Assembly (NCBI GenBank): GCA_951406725.2
Contig: OX597814.1
Location: 135,656,001-135,720,000, forward strand
Source of the DNA: Octopus vulgaris
Taxonomy: Eukaryota
Length of the DNA: 64,000 bases
Reading direction: 5' to 3'
Shown here piece after piece: positions 63,460 to 64,000 of this stretch. The notes beneath the pieces are model-generated. The model had not been told where the DNA came from, made no database searches, and saw only the letters and a program-made list of their open reading frames with translations. Position 1 is the first letter of the stretch, and each line of letters opens with the position of its first letter. The position numbers were made by a program, and so were the translations under genes.

Positions 63460-63495
63460 TTAAACTAATATACCGTTTGTTGTTCTTCTCAAGTG

Positions 63496-63785
63496 AAGGT
63501 GCATGGCTCAGTGGTTAGAGCGTAAGGCTAACAAGCATAAGGTAGTAAGTTTGGTTCTCGAACTGGGCTCAGTGTCATGTTCTTGAGCAAGACACATTGT
63601 TTCATGTTGCTCCAGTTCACTCAGATGAAGAAATGAGTCACAACGTCACTGGAGCCTAGCTGTATTGGCCTTTGCCTTTCCTTTGGATAACATCGGTGGT
63701 GTGGAGAGGGGAGGCTGGTATGCATGGGCGACCACTGGTCTTCCATAAACAACCTTGCCTGGACTTGTGCTTTGAAGGGGAACTT
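63496..63785 (+). mobile_element. tRNA-derived SINE family C
   Basis: ggctcagtggttagagcg head; matches 32736-33090. Confidence 0.85.
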
Positions 63786-63809
63786 AAAATGAAAGTATAT
63801 ATTGATTTC

Positions 63810-64000
63810 AAATTTTTTACCACAAGGCCAGCAATTTCAGGGGAGGGAGTAGGTCAATTACATCAACCCCAGTGCTCAACAAATACTTATTTTATCGACC
63901 CTGAAAGGATGAAAAGCAAAGTTGACCCTGGTGGAATTTGAACTCATATCATAAAGACAGACAAAATGTCACTAAGCATTTTGCCCAGCGTACCAATGAT
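63810..64000 (-). mobile_element. SINE family A
   Basis: atcgaccctgaaaggatgaaaagcaaagttgacc core. Confidence 0.8.

Overview
AT-rich, repeat-saturated eukaryotic (animal) DNA. The SINE families, TTAGGG motifs and long (TA)n/(CA)n tracts suggest a coleoid cephalopod (octopus-like); that attribution is inference. I could not support any intact cellular protein-coding gene, and most ORF-track entries are microsatellite or antisense-TE artefacts. The window is a mosaic of decayed TEs. LINE fragments: RTE, CR1-like and Dong/R4. LTR elements: a 1.7-kb internally deleted Gypsy with a perfect TSD, a CsRn1-like Gypsy gag-pol remnant, and solo LTRs. DNA transposons: Chapaev3, a TRT/DD37E-like Tc1 and a DD35E-spaced Tc1. 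There are also hAT, piggyBac, mariner and GG...CC/8-bp-TSD MITEs, at least four SINE families and several long fold-back hairpins. Main points of interest: (i) a nested cluster of TTAGGG-bearing MITEs around a telomere-repeat palindrome; (ii) a SINE whose 3' tail matches the 3' end of the local CR1-like LINE; (iii) a CpG-depleted / CpG-retaining / CpG-depleted domain structure with candidate divergent promoters and non-coding exons; (iv) an inverted templated insertion inside a LINE; (v) a gag-integrase fusion mini-retrotransposon. SINE A-D labels are my own, and many boundaries are approximate.
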